Source of the DNA: an archaeon BMS3Bbin15
Lineage (GTDB): Archaea > Hydrothermarchaeota > Hydrothermarchaeia > Hydrothermarchaeales > BMS3B
Assembly (NCBI GenBank): GCA_002897955.1
Contig: BDTY01000050.1
Span: forward strand, 2,641 to 66,640
Direction: 5' to 3'
DNA length: 64,000 nucleotides
Below the pieces are notes generated by a model, which saw only the letters and a list, made by a program, of their open reading frames with translations, did not search any database and had not been told where the DNA came from. Positions 10,233-21,000 of this stretch are shown here, piece by piece. The position numbers and the translations under genes are program-made. Position 1 is the stretch's first letter; each line of letters starts with the position of its first letter.

Positions 10233-10306
10233 GCGGCCGTAGTATAGCCTGGCTAGTACACGAGCCTGCCACGCTTGTAGCCCGGGTTCAAATCCCGGCG
10301 GCCGCA
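10233..10306 (+). tRNA. tRNA-Gly (GCC)
   Basis: Cloverleaf readable by eye: acceptor GCGGCCG/CGGCCGC, anticodon loop CTGCCAC, T-arm CCGGG-TTCAAAT-CCCGG, discriminator A. No encoded CCA. Confidence 0.85.
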
Positions 10307-10318
10307 TTTAATTTATAC

Positions 10319-10648
10319 TTAAATAATGCTGAGAACCTTCTTCAAATTTTCATCTTTAAGCTTATAATATCTCCACTTCCCTGCCCGTCTCTCGTTCACG
10401 GCATCAATCTCTTTGAAGCTTCTCAGATGGTGGGAAACAAGCGTCTGGTCTATTTTTAAAGCTCTTTCGAGTTCGCATACGCAGCGCTCTTTATTTTTTA
10501 TCAGAAGGGCAATCTTTAACCTTATAGGGTTTGAGAGCAGCCTGAAAATTTTCAAAAACTCCTCCACATCCGCGACTTCCAGCTCCGTATCTTCAACAGA
10601 ACACATATCCATAATATTAGATTGATGCAAACATTTAAATACTTTCAT
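10319..10648 (-). CDS. arsR: ArsR/SmtB family metalloregulator
   Basis: A winged HTH with the CVCELERAL metal-binding motif ahead of the recognition helix. It is divergent from ACR3. The real start may be the internal MDMCSV. Confidence 0.75.
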   Translation of the reverse strand: MKVFKCLHQSNIMDMCSVEDTELEVADVEEFLKIFRLLSNPIRLKIALLIKNKERCVCELERALKIDQTLVSHHLRSFKEIDAVNERRAGKWRYYKLKDENLKKVLSII

Positions 10649-10662
10649 GTGACAAAAGCTTC

Positions 10663-11724
10663 ATGTGTATTGCCATGAATAGTAATGTTACAAACAAACT
10701 TTCATTTCTCGACCGCTTCCTCACATTATGGATTTTTCTTGCCATGGCAGCAGGTGTATCTGCCGGTTACTTCATACCCAATATCGAGTCGTTCATAACC
10801 AGTTTTCAGGTAGGCACAACAAACATACCCATCGCTCTGGGTTTAATTCTGATGATGTATCCGCCACTAGCAAAGGTGCGATATGAAAATCTGGGAGCTG
10901 TATTCCGAGACAAAAAGATCCTGGGTTTATCGCTTGTGCAGAACTGGATTATAGGACCAATACTCATGTTTTTGCTTGCCATAATCTTTCTGCACAACTA
11001 TCCACAATTCATGGTTGGTTTAATAATGATTGGACTTGCAAGATGCATCGCCATGGTGATAGTGTGGAATGAGCTTGCCAGAGGTGATACAGAATATGCC
11101 GCAGGTCTGGTTGCCTTTAACAGCATCTTCCAGGTTCTCTTCTACAGTGTATATGCCTGGGTGTTTATTACAGTTCTACCACCCCTGTTTGGACTCAAAG
11201 GTAGTCTGGTGGATGTGAGCATGGCACAGATTGCAGAGAGTGTTTTTATATATCTGGGCATTCCCTTTGTTGCAGGTATACTCACCCGTTTTCTGCTTCT
11301 GAAACGTAAAGGTATAGACTGGTACCAGAGAAAATTTATTCCAAAAATCAGCCCGATTACACTCATTGCTCTGCTATTCACAATAGTGGTAATGTTCAGT
11401 CTGAAGGGAAAGCTCATTGTGCAGATTCCAATGGATGTTGTACGAATAGCCATTCCTCTTCTGATATACTTCGTAATTATGTTTTTCGTCAGCTTCTATA
11501 TGGGAAGAAAAGTCGGGGCAGACTACTCTAAAACAGCTGCTCTGTCTTTCACAGCAGCCAGCAATAACTTTGAGCTTGCAATTGCTGTTGCTGTTGCTGT
11601 TTTCGGAATAAACTCTGGCGCAGCATTTGCAGCCGTGATTGGACCGCTGGTAGAGGTACCTGTGCTTATCAGCCTTGTCAACGTATCCCTGTGGTTTCAG
11701 CATAAAATTTTTATAGATAGCTAG
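10663..11724 (+). CDS. acr3: arsenite efflux permease, ACR3 family
   Basis: 353 aa, about 10 TM segments. The N-terminus ([20 protein letters not shown]) is typical of ACR3/ArsB of the BART superfamily. Confidence 0.8.
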   Translation: MCIAMNSNVTNKLSFLDRFLTLWIFLAMAAGVSAGYFIPNIESFITSFQVGTTNIPIALGLILMMYPPLAKVRYENLGAVFRDKKILGLSLVQNWIIGPILMFLLAIIFLHNYPQFMVGLIMIGLARCIAMVIVWNELARGDTEYAAGLVAFNSIFQVLFYSVYAWVFITVLPPLFGLKGSLVDVSMAQIAESVFIYLGIPFVAGILTRFLLLKRKGIDWYQRKFIPKISPITLIALLFTIVVMFSLKGKLIVQIPMDVVRIAIPLLIYFVIMFFVSFYMGRKVGADYSKTAALSFTAASNNFELAIAVAVAVFGINSGAAFAAVIGPLVEVPVLISLVNVSLWFQHKIFIDS

Positions 11725-11844
11725 GGCAGAATCACCATTTCAATAGCAATTACAGTGCTTCCTGAGTTAATTTTATATTCTATACAACCTGTATCTTTAG
11801 ATGATTTGATGGAACTGGATATTGAAGAACAAAACCTGAAATGG

Positions 11845-12597
11845 ATGATTGAAACCACAGACCTGACAAAAAGATTTGGTAATTTTACTGCAGTAAAAAA
11901 TTTAAATCTCAGAGTGAAAAGAGGGGAGATATATGGATTTTTAGGCCCCAATGGTGCAGGTAAAACTACCACTATTAAGATGCTCAACTGCCTTTTAAAT
12001 CCCAGCAGTGGAAGTGCAAGGATTGCTGGTTTCGATATAAGAAAGGATGCTCTCAATGTAAAGGCGATAACAGGCTATCTGCCTGAGACACCCCTTCTGT
12101 ATGACAAGCTTACAGGAAAAGAATTTCTGGATTTCATTGCAGAGCTTTATGGTGTGGACGATGCCCGAAAGGAAAGAAAAATAAACGACCTTCTCAGGAT
12201 GTTTACCCTGACAGAAAAGGCTGACAGCCTGATTCAGGGATATTCTCATGGCATGCGGCAAAAAATAGGGATTGCAGCAGCCCTTATTCATGACCCGAAG
12301 GTTCTGTTTCTGGATGAACCTACCATGGGTCTTGACCCGAAAAGTGCCAGAATGGTAAAGGATATTCTGAAAGAACTTGTAAAGAGGGGAAGCACAGTTT
12401 TTATGTCCACCCATGTTCTGGAAATTGCGGAGAAGATGTGTGATGAGGTGGGAATAGTAAATCATGGGACTCTAATAGCCAGCGGCTCCATAGAAACATT
12501 ACGTAAGTCAGAACAGGGCAATTCACTGGAAGATATCTTCCTTGAGCTCACTGGTGGGCCTGAATACCAGGATGTAATGAGATATCTGGAGGATTGA
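11845..12597 (+). CDS. ABC transporter ATP-binding protein
   Basis: Walker A GPNGAGKTT, signature YSHGMRQK, Walker B LFLDEPTMGLD. The start is taken at MIETTDLTKRFG. The ORF track allows an earlier start at 11755. Confidence 0.7.
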   Translation: MIETTDLTKRFGNFTAVKNLNLRVKRGEIYGFLGPNGAGKTTTIKMLNCLLNPSSGSARIAGFDIRKDALNVKAITGYLPETPLLYDKLTGKEFLDFIAELYGVDDARKERKINDLLRMFTLTEKADSLIQGYSHGMRQKIGIAAALIHDPKVLFLDEPTMGLDPKSARMVKDILKELVKRGSTVFMSTHVLEIAEKMCDEVGIVNHGTLIASGSIETLRKSEQGNSLEDIFLELTGGPEYQDVMRYLED

Positions 12598-12598
12598 T

Positions 12599-14212
12599 AT
12601 GGGCGCCTCCCTGACCATACTTAAATATGAGCTAATATCTTTTCTGAACAGCTACCTTAAAACAGAGTGGGGATTAATAAAGGCAGTCCTTATCGGGATA
12701 GCTTCTTTTTCTATTGCATCCATATCCTTCATATTTTCATGGTTATTCTTCATGGGACTGAAACTTTCCACAAAAGGCGTGTCCATAGAGTCCAGTTTTC
12801 TTTCCATCTTCTTTCTTATTGTATTCACATTTGTGATACTGCAAGGCTTCTCCATTGCTCTTTATACCATGTTTCTCCAGTCAAATATTATCTTCCTCAT
12901 GAAGGCACCGGTTTCCATTGGAGCCATATTCAAATCAAAGCTCGTTCAGAATGTGGCGCTGAACTCTCTCATCCCTTTCCTTTTCGGTATACCGGCTGTT
13001 CTTGCATATTTTATTTCGTTTAATTTTCCCATTATTGCCTATGTTCTTCTTTTTCCTGTGTTTTTCGCTGTGATTGTAATACCTGCAGGAATAATTATGG
13101 TGCTTATCACGATTATAATGAGGTTTATCTCGGCTAAAAGAGCAAAAGAGTTTCTGGGACTTGCGGGAGCATTTGCTGGCGCTATGTTATATATTTTAAT
13201 AAATGTTTCAATGCCAGGTAGAATAGCTTTGAACTTTAAATCTAACATGAATATTCTAAAAACTGAGTTTTTACCAAGTTCATGGGCAAGTAGCCTGTTT
13301 TCCTCCTTAAAATATGGCTCGTGGAATTCCATTCTTTATGCCTTTCTATTATTCGGGACTGCCTCTGTTGTGGTAATAATCTCCCTTCGTACAATGGAAA
13401 AACTCTTTTTTCAGGGCTGGACTGAGAGCAGGGTCTCCACGTTCAAATCTAAGAGCTCTAAAAAATCATCCTACCTAAAAAGATTGTACAGCTTTCTGCC
13501 CAGGCCTGTTCGTGCCATAGCAATAAAAGACCTTAAATCCATGCCCAGGGACATTCAATTCTGGTCCAGGATGTTTTTCCCTCTGGCACTGATGATAATC
13601 ATTATAATGAACCCTGGCTTCAGCGGCAAAACAGGTGAAATGCAGTTTTTTTTAGACCTGCTTATCCTGGGTTTTGCTGCTATGACTTTCTCCAACAATC
13701 TGCTGACAGCATCAGTTGGTAGCGAAGGCAAAGCCTACTGGATACTTCACACTTCACCTGTAAAACCAGAGGCTATATTGAAGGGAAAGCTTTCAGCCGG
13801 CCTTCTTCCCTTACTTACTATCATTTTCATAATGGCTTCGATTATTGGTTTTCTTTCAAAGTTAGGATGGTCACAATTTGCCCTGCTAATACCTGTTTCA
13901 TGGTTTTTAACCTTTGGAATCTCCTCCATATCCATAGGTATTGGCGGAGCCTTTGCAAATTTTGAAAGTGAAAATCCCAGAAAGAAGGTAAATTTTCTGG
14001 GCTCAATTGCTTCGATGGTTCTCCCAGGTGGCTATCTCATAATTGCAGTTATTCTTCTTGCATCTCCCTATATTGCCAGATATTTCGGAAAAAATATACC
14101 TGTTCTCTATATTATATCCTGGGGCTTATTATTCCTCATGACCATTTTCATAAGCTATGTTTCCATCAAAATTGGGGCAAGAACACTGGGGACACGGGAA
14201 TTTAATTTCTGA
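12599..14212 (+). CDS. polytopic membrane protein, putative ABC-2 type permease partner
   Basis: 537 aa with more than 12 hydrophobic segments. It abuts the ABC ATPase with a 1-nt gap. Confidence 0.5.
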   Translation: MGASLTILKYELISFLNSYLKTEWGLIKAVLIGIASFSIASISFIFSWLFFMGLKLSTKGVSIESSFLSIFFLIVFTFVILQGFSIALYTMFLQSNIIFLMKAPVSIGAIFKSKLVQNVALNSLIPFLFGIPAVLAYFISFNFPIIAYVLLFPVFFAVIVIPAGIIMVLITIIMRFISAKRAKEFLGLAGAFAGAMLYILINVSMPGRIALNFKSNMNILKTEFLPSSWASSLFSSLKYGSWNSILYAFLLFGTASVVVIISLRTMEKLFFQGWTESRVSTFKSKSSKKSSYLKRLYSFLPRPVRAIAIKDLKSMPRDIQFWSRMFFPLALMIIIIMNPGFSGKTGEMQFFLDLLILGFAAMTFSNNLLTASVGSEGKAYWILHTSPVKPEAILKGKLSAGLLPLLTIIFIMASIIGFLSKLGWSQFALLIPVSWFLTFGISSISIGIGGAFANFESENPRKKVNFLGSIASMVLPGGYLIIAVILLASPYIARYFGKNIPVLYIISWGLLFLMTIFISYVSIKIGARTLGTREFNF

Positions 14213-14284
14213 AATTTTCTTTCATATTAACATAATGGAAAATGGATATAGAGGTTAATCTTTGCCTTGATTTAAGGTGCTGTA

Positions 14285-14563
14285 ATGGTTGATGAAGAGA
14301 AGATTATTAATGCCCTCAAAGAAGTCATAGACCCGCATACAGGCACAAGTGTTTATGAAATGGGGCTTATCAGAGATTTGAAGGTTGGAGAAGATGATAT
14401 CTCGCTCACTTTTGTACCTTCCTCGCCATTCTGCCCACTTGGCGTGCAACTCTCCATGCAGATAAAGGAAAAGCTTCAGACTCTTGAGGGTATTGGGAAG
14501 ATAAATATTAAAGTCGAGGGTCATATTCAGGAAAAGGAGCTTAATGAGATGCTGTCCAAATAG
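14285..14563 (+). CDS. DUF59 (MIP18/FeS-assembly SUF-type) domain protein
   Basis: 92 aa with the pattern IDPHTG..V.EMGLI..L......SLTFVPSSPFCPLG, typical of DUF59. Confidence 0.55.
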   Translation: MVDEEKIINALKEVIDPHTGTSVYEMGLIRDLKVGEDDISLTFVPSSPFCPLGVQLSMQIKEKLQTLEGIGKINIKVEGHIQEKELNEMLSK

Positions 14564-14568
14564 CTGAA

Positions 14569-15806
14569 TTATGCAACCAGATATGTTGATTTTGCAGTCT
14601 TCACAGTTACTTCCCTGAATTCTCCAATTTTGCCCTCTCTGACAACCACCTGAGTATAGAAACCACTCCTTGCCAGTAATGTGTTATTCTTTCCGGGCTT
14701 TGTTATGAGGACTTTCAGCCTTTTCCCGATAAATCGCTTATTCTTCTCATAACCTATTTTTTTCATCAGTTCACTGAGCCTTCTTGAACGTTCTTTTTTG
14801 ATATAATCATGAAGACCCTCGAGTTCTGCTGCTTCAGTACCCTCTCTGGGAGAGAATCTTGTTATATTTATAATCTCTGGCTTAATCTCTTCAATCAGAC
14901 CCATAGTCTCCCCAAAGGATGCACTGTCCTCCACAGGATACCCCGCTATAATATCTGTAGATATACTGAATCTCCGGAAGTTATCTCTGAAAGTTTTCAC
15001 AATCTCCCTGAAATCCTCAACAGAATAGCCACGCCTCATATGTTTCAAAACAGTGTTGTCACCACTCTGCACAGGCAGATGAAGAAATTTGTAAATCTTT
15101 CTGTTTTTATAAATCTCCACAAGCTCATCAAGAATTTTCAGTGCAAAAGCAGGGTTCATCATACCAACCCTCACTCTGAAATCACCATCAAGATTAACTA
15201 TTTTATGCAGCAGTTGAGGAAGTCTATCATCCCTACCATCATAACCATAAGCTCCCGTGTCCTGAGCCGTAAGCTGTATCTCCCTATAACCCTGAGCTAT
15301 AGCTTCTGAAACTTCGGAAACTATGGTCTTCTGAGGAAAACTTCTGAGACTTCCTCTGGCAAGCCTTGTTGCACAGTAGCTGCATCTTCCAAGGCACCCT
15401 CTGCAATTGGAATTATTGCTATAGAGCTATTCTCATACCTTATCTTTGGATATTCATTCCTGGCCTTTTCCCTGCTTTCAATAATTTCAGAAGAATCAAG
15501 TCTGTGATTAACAAGGAAAATTTCATGGGGAGTGAGAATAGAATCGGCACCAGCTTCAATAACCTTTTCGGGAGCATATGCAGACAGACACCCTGCAACA
15601 AGCACATTCTTGCCCTGAGCCCTGAACTCCACAATTTTCCTCAATATCTTCCTCTCAGTAAAGCCCACAACAGCACAGGAGTTTATAATAACCGTATCGC
15701 TTTCCTCAATCTCACATATTCTGTGTCTCTGCGCTACCAGACCTTTAAGTATTTCTGTATCGCCATGATTCATGGTACAACCGTAGGTTAAAAAGGAGAC
15801 CTTCAT
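14569..15806 (-). CDS. MiaB-like tRNA methylthiotransferase (archaeal MtaB/CDKAL1-type) carrying one -1 frameshift
   Basis: ORF 15321..15806 is the MTTase N-terminal domain and ends at IPIAEG. Shifting by 1 nt there gives CLGRCSYCATRLARGSLRSFPQKT..., the radical SAM CxxxCxxC motif. That frame runs into ORF 14569..15174, which holds the rSAM barrel and the TRAM domain. The shift lies in a GGG/CCC run near 15397-15399. Confidence 0.65.
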
Positions 15807-15856
15807 TCTGAATTTTAAAAAGCTCTAACGAGGGCAACTATAAAAGAAGTTCTGTT

Positions 15857-16639
15857 ATGAATGTCGAGATTTTTCCTATTTCAAATTTCCCACTTGTAAG
15901 AAGAGGAGATAATATAATAAAGCTCATAGTCGATTCTCTTGAAAAATCAAAGCTGGTTCTGCAGAATGGAGATATCGTGGTAGTTACTGAGAAGATAGTT
16001 GCAAAAGCTGAGGGCAGGGTTTACACACTGAGCAATATAAAACCGGGTTCAAAAGCTTTAAAAATAGCAGAAATTACACATAAGGAGCCAGGGCTTGTGG
16101 AGCTTATTCTCAGAGAGACCGAGAGTATTCTCTATCTTGGAGAAGGTTTTCTCCTTGTGAACACAAATCAGGGTTTTGTGTGCGCCAATGCAGGAGTTGA
16201 CATGAGCAACGTGGGAGAAAACAGAGCCAAACTACTGCCAGAGAATCCTGACATAAGTGCAGAGCAGATAAGAAAAGCTCTTGAAGATATGTTTAAGATT
16301 AGAATAGGGGTGGTTATAGCTGACTCTTTTGGAAGAAGTTTCAGAGCTGGCTCCGTTGGCGTTGCAATAGGCTGCTCAGGCGTTGCAGCCCTCCAGGATA
16401 GAAGAGGGAAAAAGGACCTTTTCAGGAAAGAGCTGAAAATTACAAGAGTGGCTATGGCTGACAATATTGCCTCAATGGCAAATGCTGTAATGGGGGAAGG
16501 GAACGAAGGAATAGCTGCAGTTGTTATCAGGGGGCTCGATGTTCTGGGTGAGGGCTCTGCAGGAGACCTGAGAAGAGATATAGAGAAAGATGTTGCCTTC
16601 AAATGCCTGAAAGAAAGATATAATTACAAAAATAGATAG
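15857..16639 (+). CDS. cofE: F420-0:gamma-glutamyl ligase CofE
   Basis: 260 aa. Motifs GDIVVVTEKIVAKAEGR and CANAGVDMSNV, plus the overall architecture, match the CofE family. Confidence 0.6.
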   Translation: MNVEIFPISNFPLVRRGDNIIKLIVDSLEKSKLVLQNGDIVVVTEKIVAKAEGRVYTLSNIKPGSKALKIAEITHKEPGLVELILRETESILYLGEGFLLVNTNQGFVCANAGVDMSNVGENRAKLLPENPDISAEQIRKALEDMFKIRIGVVIADSFGRSFRAGSVGVAIGCSGVAALQDRRGKKDLFRKELKITRVAMADNIASMANAVMGEGNEGIAAVVIRGLDVLGEGSAGDLRRDIEKDVAFKCLKERYNYKNR

Positions 16640-16694
16640 GTGTAGGAGATTGCCATCAGGACATGCTTCCAGCCATGCGATGTTATACTGAACA

Positions 16695-17234
16695 CTAATC
16701 CAGCACTTTTACTCTCAGCTTTGTAAAATCTTCCTTTATCTCGACATTGAACCCCATATCCTTAAAAATCTCTTCAAGAAAAGTTCTTATAAACTTTCTT
16801 GCAGTCTCAGAACCGAAAATAAGAGTTAAATCTTTCTCATCAGTATGGCTGAGTTTAAAGAAATTACAGGCTTCAAGACGTTTTATTAATTCATAGGGTG
16901 TTCTTATCTTCTCCTTCAGCTGTTCCGCATGTGAACTTGCAACTCTACAGTGAGCTTCCCAGAACTCCTCCTGCCCGGCATCTTCACCAATGAGCCCGAG
17001 AAATAGCTGCCAGTGGTCAACATCAAGTATAACATGCTCTCCATGAGCAAGCATATCTATGTATGTTTCGACCCTGCTCTTCTCAATATCCCTGCCTTTC
17101 CTCTGCTCTGCAAAGTGCCTGAGAGCTCTTCTGAGAAGTTCACTCTGAGATAACTTTGTCTCAGCTTTAAGCTCTTCAAGAAGCTTACTTGTTTCCTTAT
17201 CAAGAGCTATGGTGATGCGAACTGGATTACGCAT
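16695..17234 (-). CDS. ribbon-helix-helix (CopG-like) domain protein
   Basis: The N-terminus (RITIALDKETSKLLEELKAETKLSQSELLRRALRHF) is an RHH motif. The remainder is unknown. Confidence 0.4.
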   Translation of the reverse strand: MRNPVRITIALDKETSKLLEELKAETKLSQSELLRRALRHFAEQRKGRDIEKSRVETYIDMLAHGEHVILDVDHWQLFLGLIGEDAGQEEFWEAHCRVASSHAEQLKEKIRTPYELIKRLEACNFFKLSHTDEKDLTLIFGSETARKFIRTFLEEIFKDMGFNVEIKEDFTKLRVKVLD

Positions 17235-17352
17235 AGATATTACTTCTCACAGGCTGCCTATTTAAAAATTTCTTCTCATTTTATGTTATTGATGAGTTAA
17301 AGCTGAATCAGACGTAGAAAATTATAAGTAATGTCAATTTTAAATTAAGCTT

Positions 17353-18075
17353 ATGAGAACTAAGGGTATCATTCTTCTTCTCATTATTATTCTAATTTCA
17401 GCAGGTTGCCTGCAGACAAACAGTGAGGGCTCATCAGGTTATTCAAAATCAAACACCACAATTTCTGTTTCAGGTGAAGGCATAGTTACGGGAGTGCCTG
17501 ACAGAGCTGTGCTCAACCTTGGCGTTGAAACCAGGGGGAATACCTCAATGGAAGCCTCGGAATCAAATTCTAGACTGAGCAGAAATCTTGTGGCGGTATT
17601 TAAGGGCATTGGAATTAATAGAACAGAAATCAAAACCTCCACTTTAACTATATCTCCAGTTTACACTTATATCAAAAAGGAGCAGAAAATTGTAGGTTAC
17701 AAAGCCATAACCAGCTTTAAGATAACCCTTAAGAATCTGAGTCTCGCAGGAATGGTTATAGATAAAGGGCTTGAAGCCGGTGCGAACAGGATGCAGGGAG
17801 TATCCTTCAAATTCAGCAAAAATAAATCAAAAGAACTTAAGGCTGTTGCTCTTAAAGAGGCTGTGGAAGATGCAACATCAAAGGCAGAAGTTATAGCTGG
17901 TGCCCTCAATGTTACACTTGGTAAGCCCATAAAAGTAACAGAAAGTTACTCATATAATCCTGTTCCCATCTACACCCCAATGACTGAAGCAATGAAAGGA
18001 GTAACTCCAGTGGAGCCCGGAGAAATGAAACTTAAAGCAGGAGTAAATATAGAGTATTCCTTCACTCAGTCTTGA
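17353..18075 (+). CDS. SIMPL/DUF541 domain lipoprotein
   Basis: A signal peptide with a lipobox-like SAGC is followed by ISVSGEGIVTGVPDRAVLNLGVETRG, which is typical of the SIMPL family. Confidence 0.6.
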   Translation: MRTKGIILLLIIILISAGCLQTNSEGSSGYSKSNTTISVSGEGIVTGVPDRAVLNLGVETRGNTSMEASESNSRLSRNLVAVFKGIGINRTEIKTSTLTISPVYTYIKKEQKIVGYKAITSFKITLKNLSLAGMVIDKGLEAGANRMQGVSFKFSKNKSKELKAVALKEAVEDATSKAEVIAGALNVTLGKPIKVTESYSYNPVPIYTPMTEAMKGVTPVEPGEMKLKAGVNIEYSFTQS

Positions 18076-21000
18076 GGAAATCCTTCAAACTCTTCTGCTC
18101 ATTACTTTCATCGTCAAAGAGGGAAGCTATACTCATTCTGAGAATCTCCACCCTCTGTTTCAGATAGCTCTCCAGAGAATATCGCTGAATAAGGTCTTCT
18201 GTGATATTTAAATACTTCTCCACACCTCCTCTCGACACAGTGAGAACAAGCTTGCCTCCACAGCGCCTGCACTTGCCTGTCAGAGGTATTCTCCTGTATT
18301 TTGCATTGCAGTTAACACACCTCACCCTCTGTGTCGAGAATGCTCTCAGATTGCCTGCAAGGTCAGGTAAAAAGTGTGTCTCAATCACCCTTCTTGCCAC
18401 ATCCTGTTCATCCACTGCCCTAATCTTTTTTGCAAGAGCAAGCTGTTTCTCAAGTTTCTCAGTCATCTCTCCAAGGGTTTTGTATGCAGATGTAAGGGGA
18501 GCAAGATTTATATCACTGGTATCATGGGTAAAGCCAAGATTATGGTAAGCTTCGTCAGTTCCCAGGCGGGAGGACACTGTCTCTATAATATCCTCAAATT
18601 CCTGTGGCCTTGCATACCTGAGTGTTGCCTCATAAAATTCAAGAGGGTACCCTGAAACAATGTCTATGTTATGAGCTTCATGGTCCACCTCACTTGGATC
18701 AAGATGGGTTGTAAGAACAAGAGGAGCATCCATTGTACTCCCTCTTGTTGAGGGCAGAAACTTCCTTGAAAAGTTAAGAAGAGCATCCATGAGAAGAAAA
18801 ACTCCATCCTCATCGCCATCACAGTTGTAGGCAAAGATATTATTTACAGGTACAATATGAGAGGGCTCCACATTCAGAGAAATCACATAAGAGGAATCTG
18901 ACGGAGCTGTCCTCTTCTCAACTATTTCATCAAACCAGACCTCACCATTTCCTTTATCCACTCCCTTAGGAGAAATAAGTAATTCTCCAACCTTCATATC
19001 CATTGCATATTTCTCCTCAATCTTATTCTTGAAGAAAACAGGAAATTTGTGGTCAGGGGTTACTCTGATTTCTCTACCACTGTGGGTTTTAAGATATATC
19101 AGATAATCTGGTGAGGTATGAATAGAAACCTCTTTTACTTCACCTTTAATAATTCTTTTTTCAGATAAATTATAAGAAGAAACAAAGATTCTATCTTCAG
19201 GCATAAGTATTCTGGTTCCAAAACTATCCTCTGATTTCCCACTGCAATAGCTCACCAGATGTCTGAGACTGATATACCCTTTTCCATACACATAAATTTT
19301 TTCATCAGGATGAAAACAGTTCCTTCTCTTTGCTGCATGAAAATAGGGATGGGCATAGCCTGCATTGGCTTTTGAGAAACCAGCAATCCTTCCGAGAATG
19401 GCTGCTGAAGTATGAGGTGCAAGCCCCAGCACAAGATGCCCGACAAGGTCTTCTTTATTTTCAGCCCTGTAGTATGGCTCAAGTCCATAGAACTTAACCA
19501 GCAGTTCGTCAATAAACTTTGTAACTTTAAGAAGATAATCTGCACCGGAAAGAGGAAGTATAATATCCTGAGGCTTGAGCTCAAGAATCTGCTCCTCATC
19601 CACAAGAGGTTCACCCTTATTATCCCTGTCATAACCAAGCATTTTCAGTATCTCAAGACTTACCATTACCTCTCTGGGTCTGAAGTGTGTCAAAGGTATA
19701 TCTGTAGAGTCAAATCTTATTGTACCATCCTTGAAAACATATACTCCATGCCTGGCTCTGAGAAGCCCTTTCTCAATAGGCTCTGGAATCTTATAGAGAG
19801 ATGTCATTCCTATTATACCTTTGACAACCTCTCTACCAGAGCTGCCCACTCTTGCTTTTGCTCTTTCGTATAGAGTTTTAATGTCAATTTCACGTTCAGA
19901 ATACAGGTTCAATCTGGAGCTGCATTTCGGGCATGTGCTCTCCCTTATATCCCCTGTATATCCACAACTCTGGCATTTTCTTTTAAAAACTGTGGGCTCA
20001 CCACAGCGCTGGCAGAGAGTTGTTATACCTACCTTTGAACAGCTCTCACAGTATCTATACACAACTTCAATCTTAATTTTACCCTTCCTGACTGCCTTCT
20101 CTACCTCCCTTGTTTTTCCTCCATTTCTGCCTATGGGAAAGAGAACATTTACAGCAGGAGACATCTTTCTTTCTTTTGCCTTTTCAGGTCTGCCCATCCT
20201 GAGACCTATGTAGCTCGGTGCCTTCTCCCTTACCTTAATTCCAAAGGAATTCACAAGTTCCATGGTGCTCTCTACCTTTGAACATGCCTCCTCAAAGTTT
20301 CCATTTACCAGACCAAAACAATAAAGAAGGGCTTTAAATTCCTGAAGAACAATATAGCGAGCTTCAACCCTGTGGGGCACACCAAGAAACTCAAGAAGAC
20401 GCTTTTCCCGACTCAGAGGAACATAGAGTTCTTCATCCCTGACCTCACCCTTTTTTAGCATGTTGTGGAGCAATTTCATGTCTTCAAGGGTTAAGTCATG
20501 ATAGAAGTATGTATAGCGCGGATGAAGAGGGATTCCAAGCTCTTCTGAAATTCTGATGGCAATTTCTTCATCAGGAATATTTTCAATGTCCAGATATTCT
20601 GTGTACTTACTCTTTTTCTCTCTCTCAAGCTCCTGAACCCACCACTCCTCACAGTAACCCGCAGGAATTAAAATATGATTGTTTTCAAGGAAATCCCCAT
20701 AATTCACCAGAATATCCCCCATGAAGAGTATCTCGTCCACATCTTCTCTTACTTCTAAAGCCTGAGAATAGCTCTCAACCCTTAAAACACTTCCATCCTT
20801 AAGCCTGACTATTGGCCCATCAATTGTATCACAGGGAGTAACAGCTGTGCCCTTACCAGGCCTCTCAGTCTTCAGCTGAGTGCCTATAGCTATAAAGTCA
20901 TCAGTCAGAACCATAGTCGCAGGATGCATGCTCATGGCAGCGAAACCAGAGTTTCTGCTCCTGCCATAGCGAAGTCTGAAGCCTCCCTTTTCCGAGGGAT

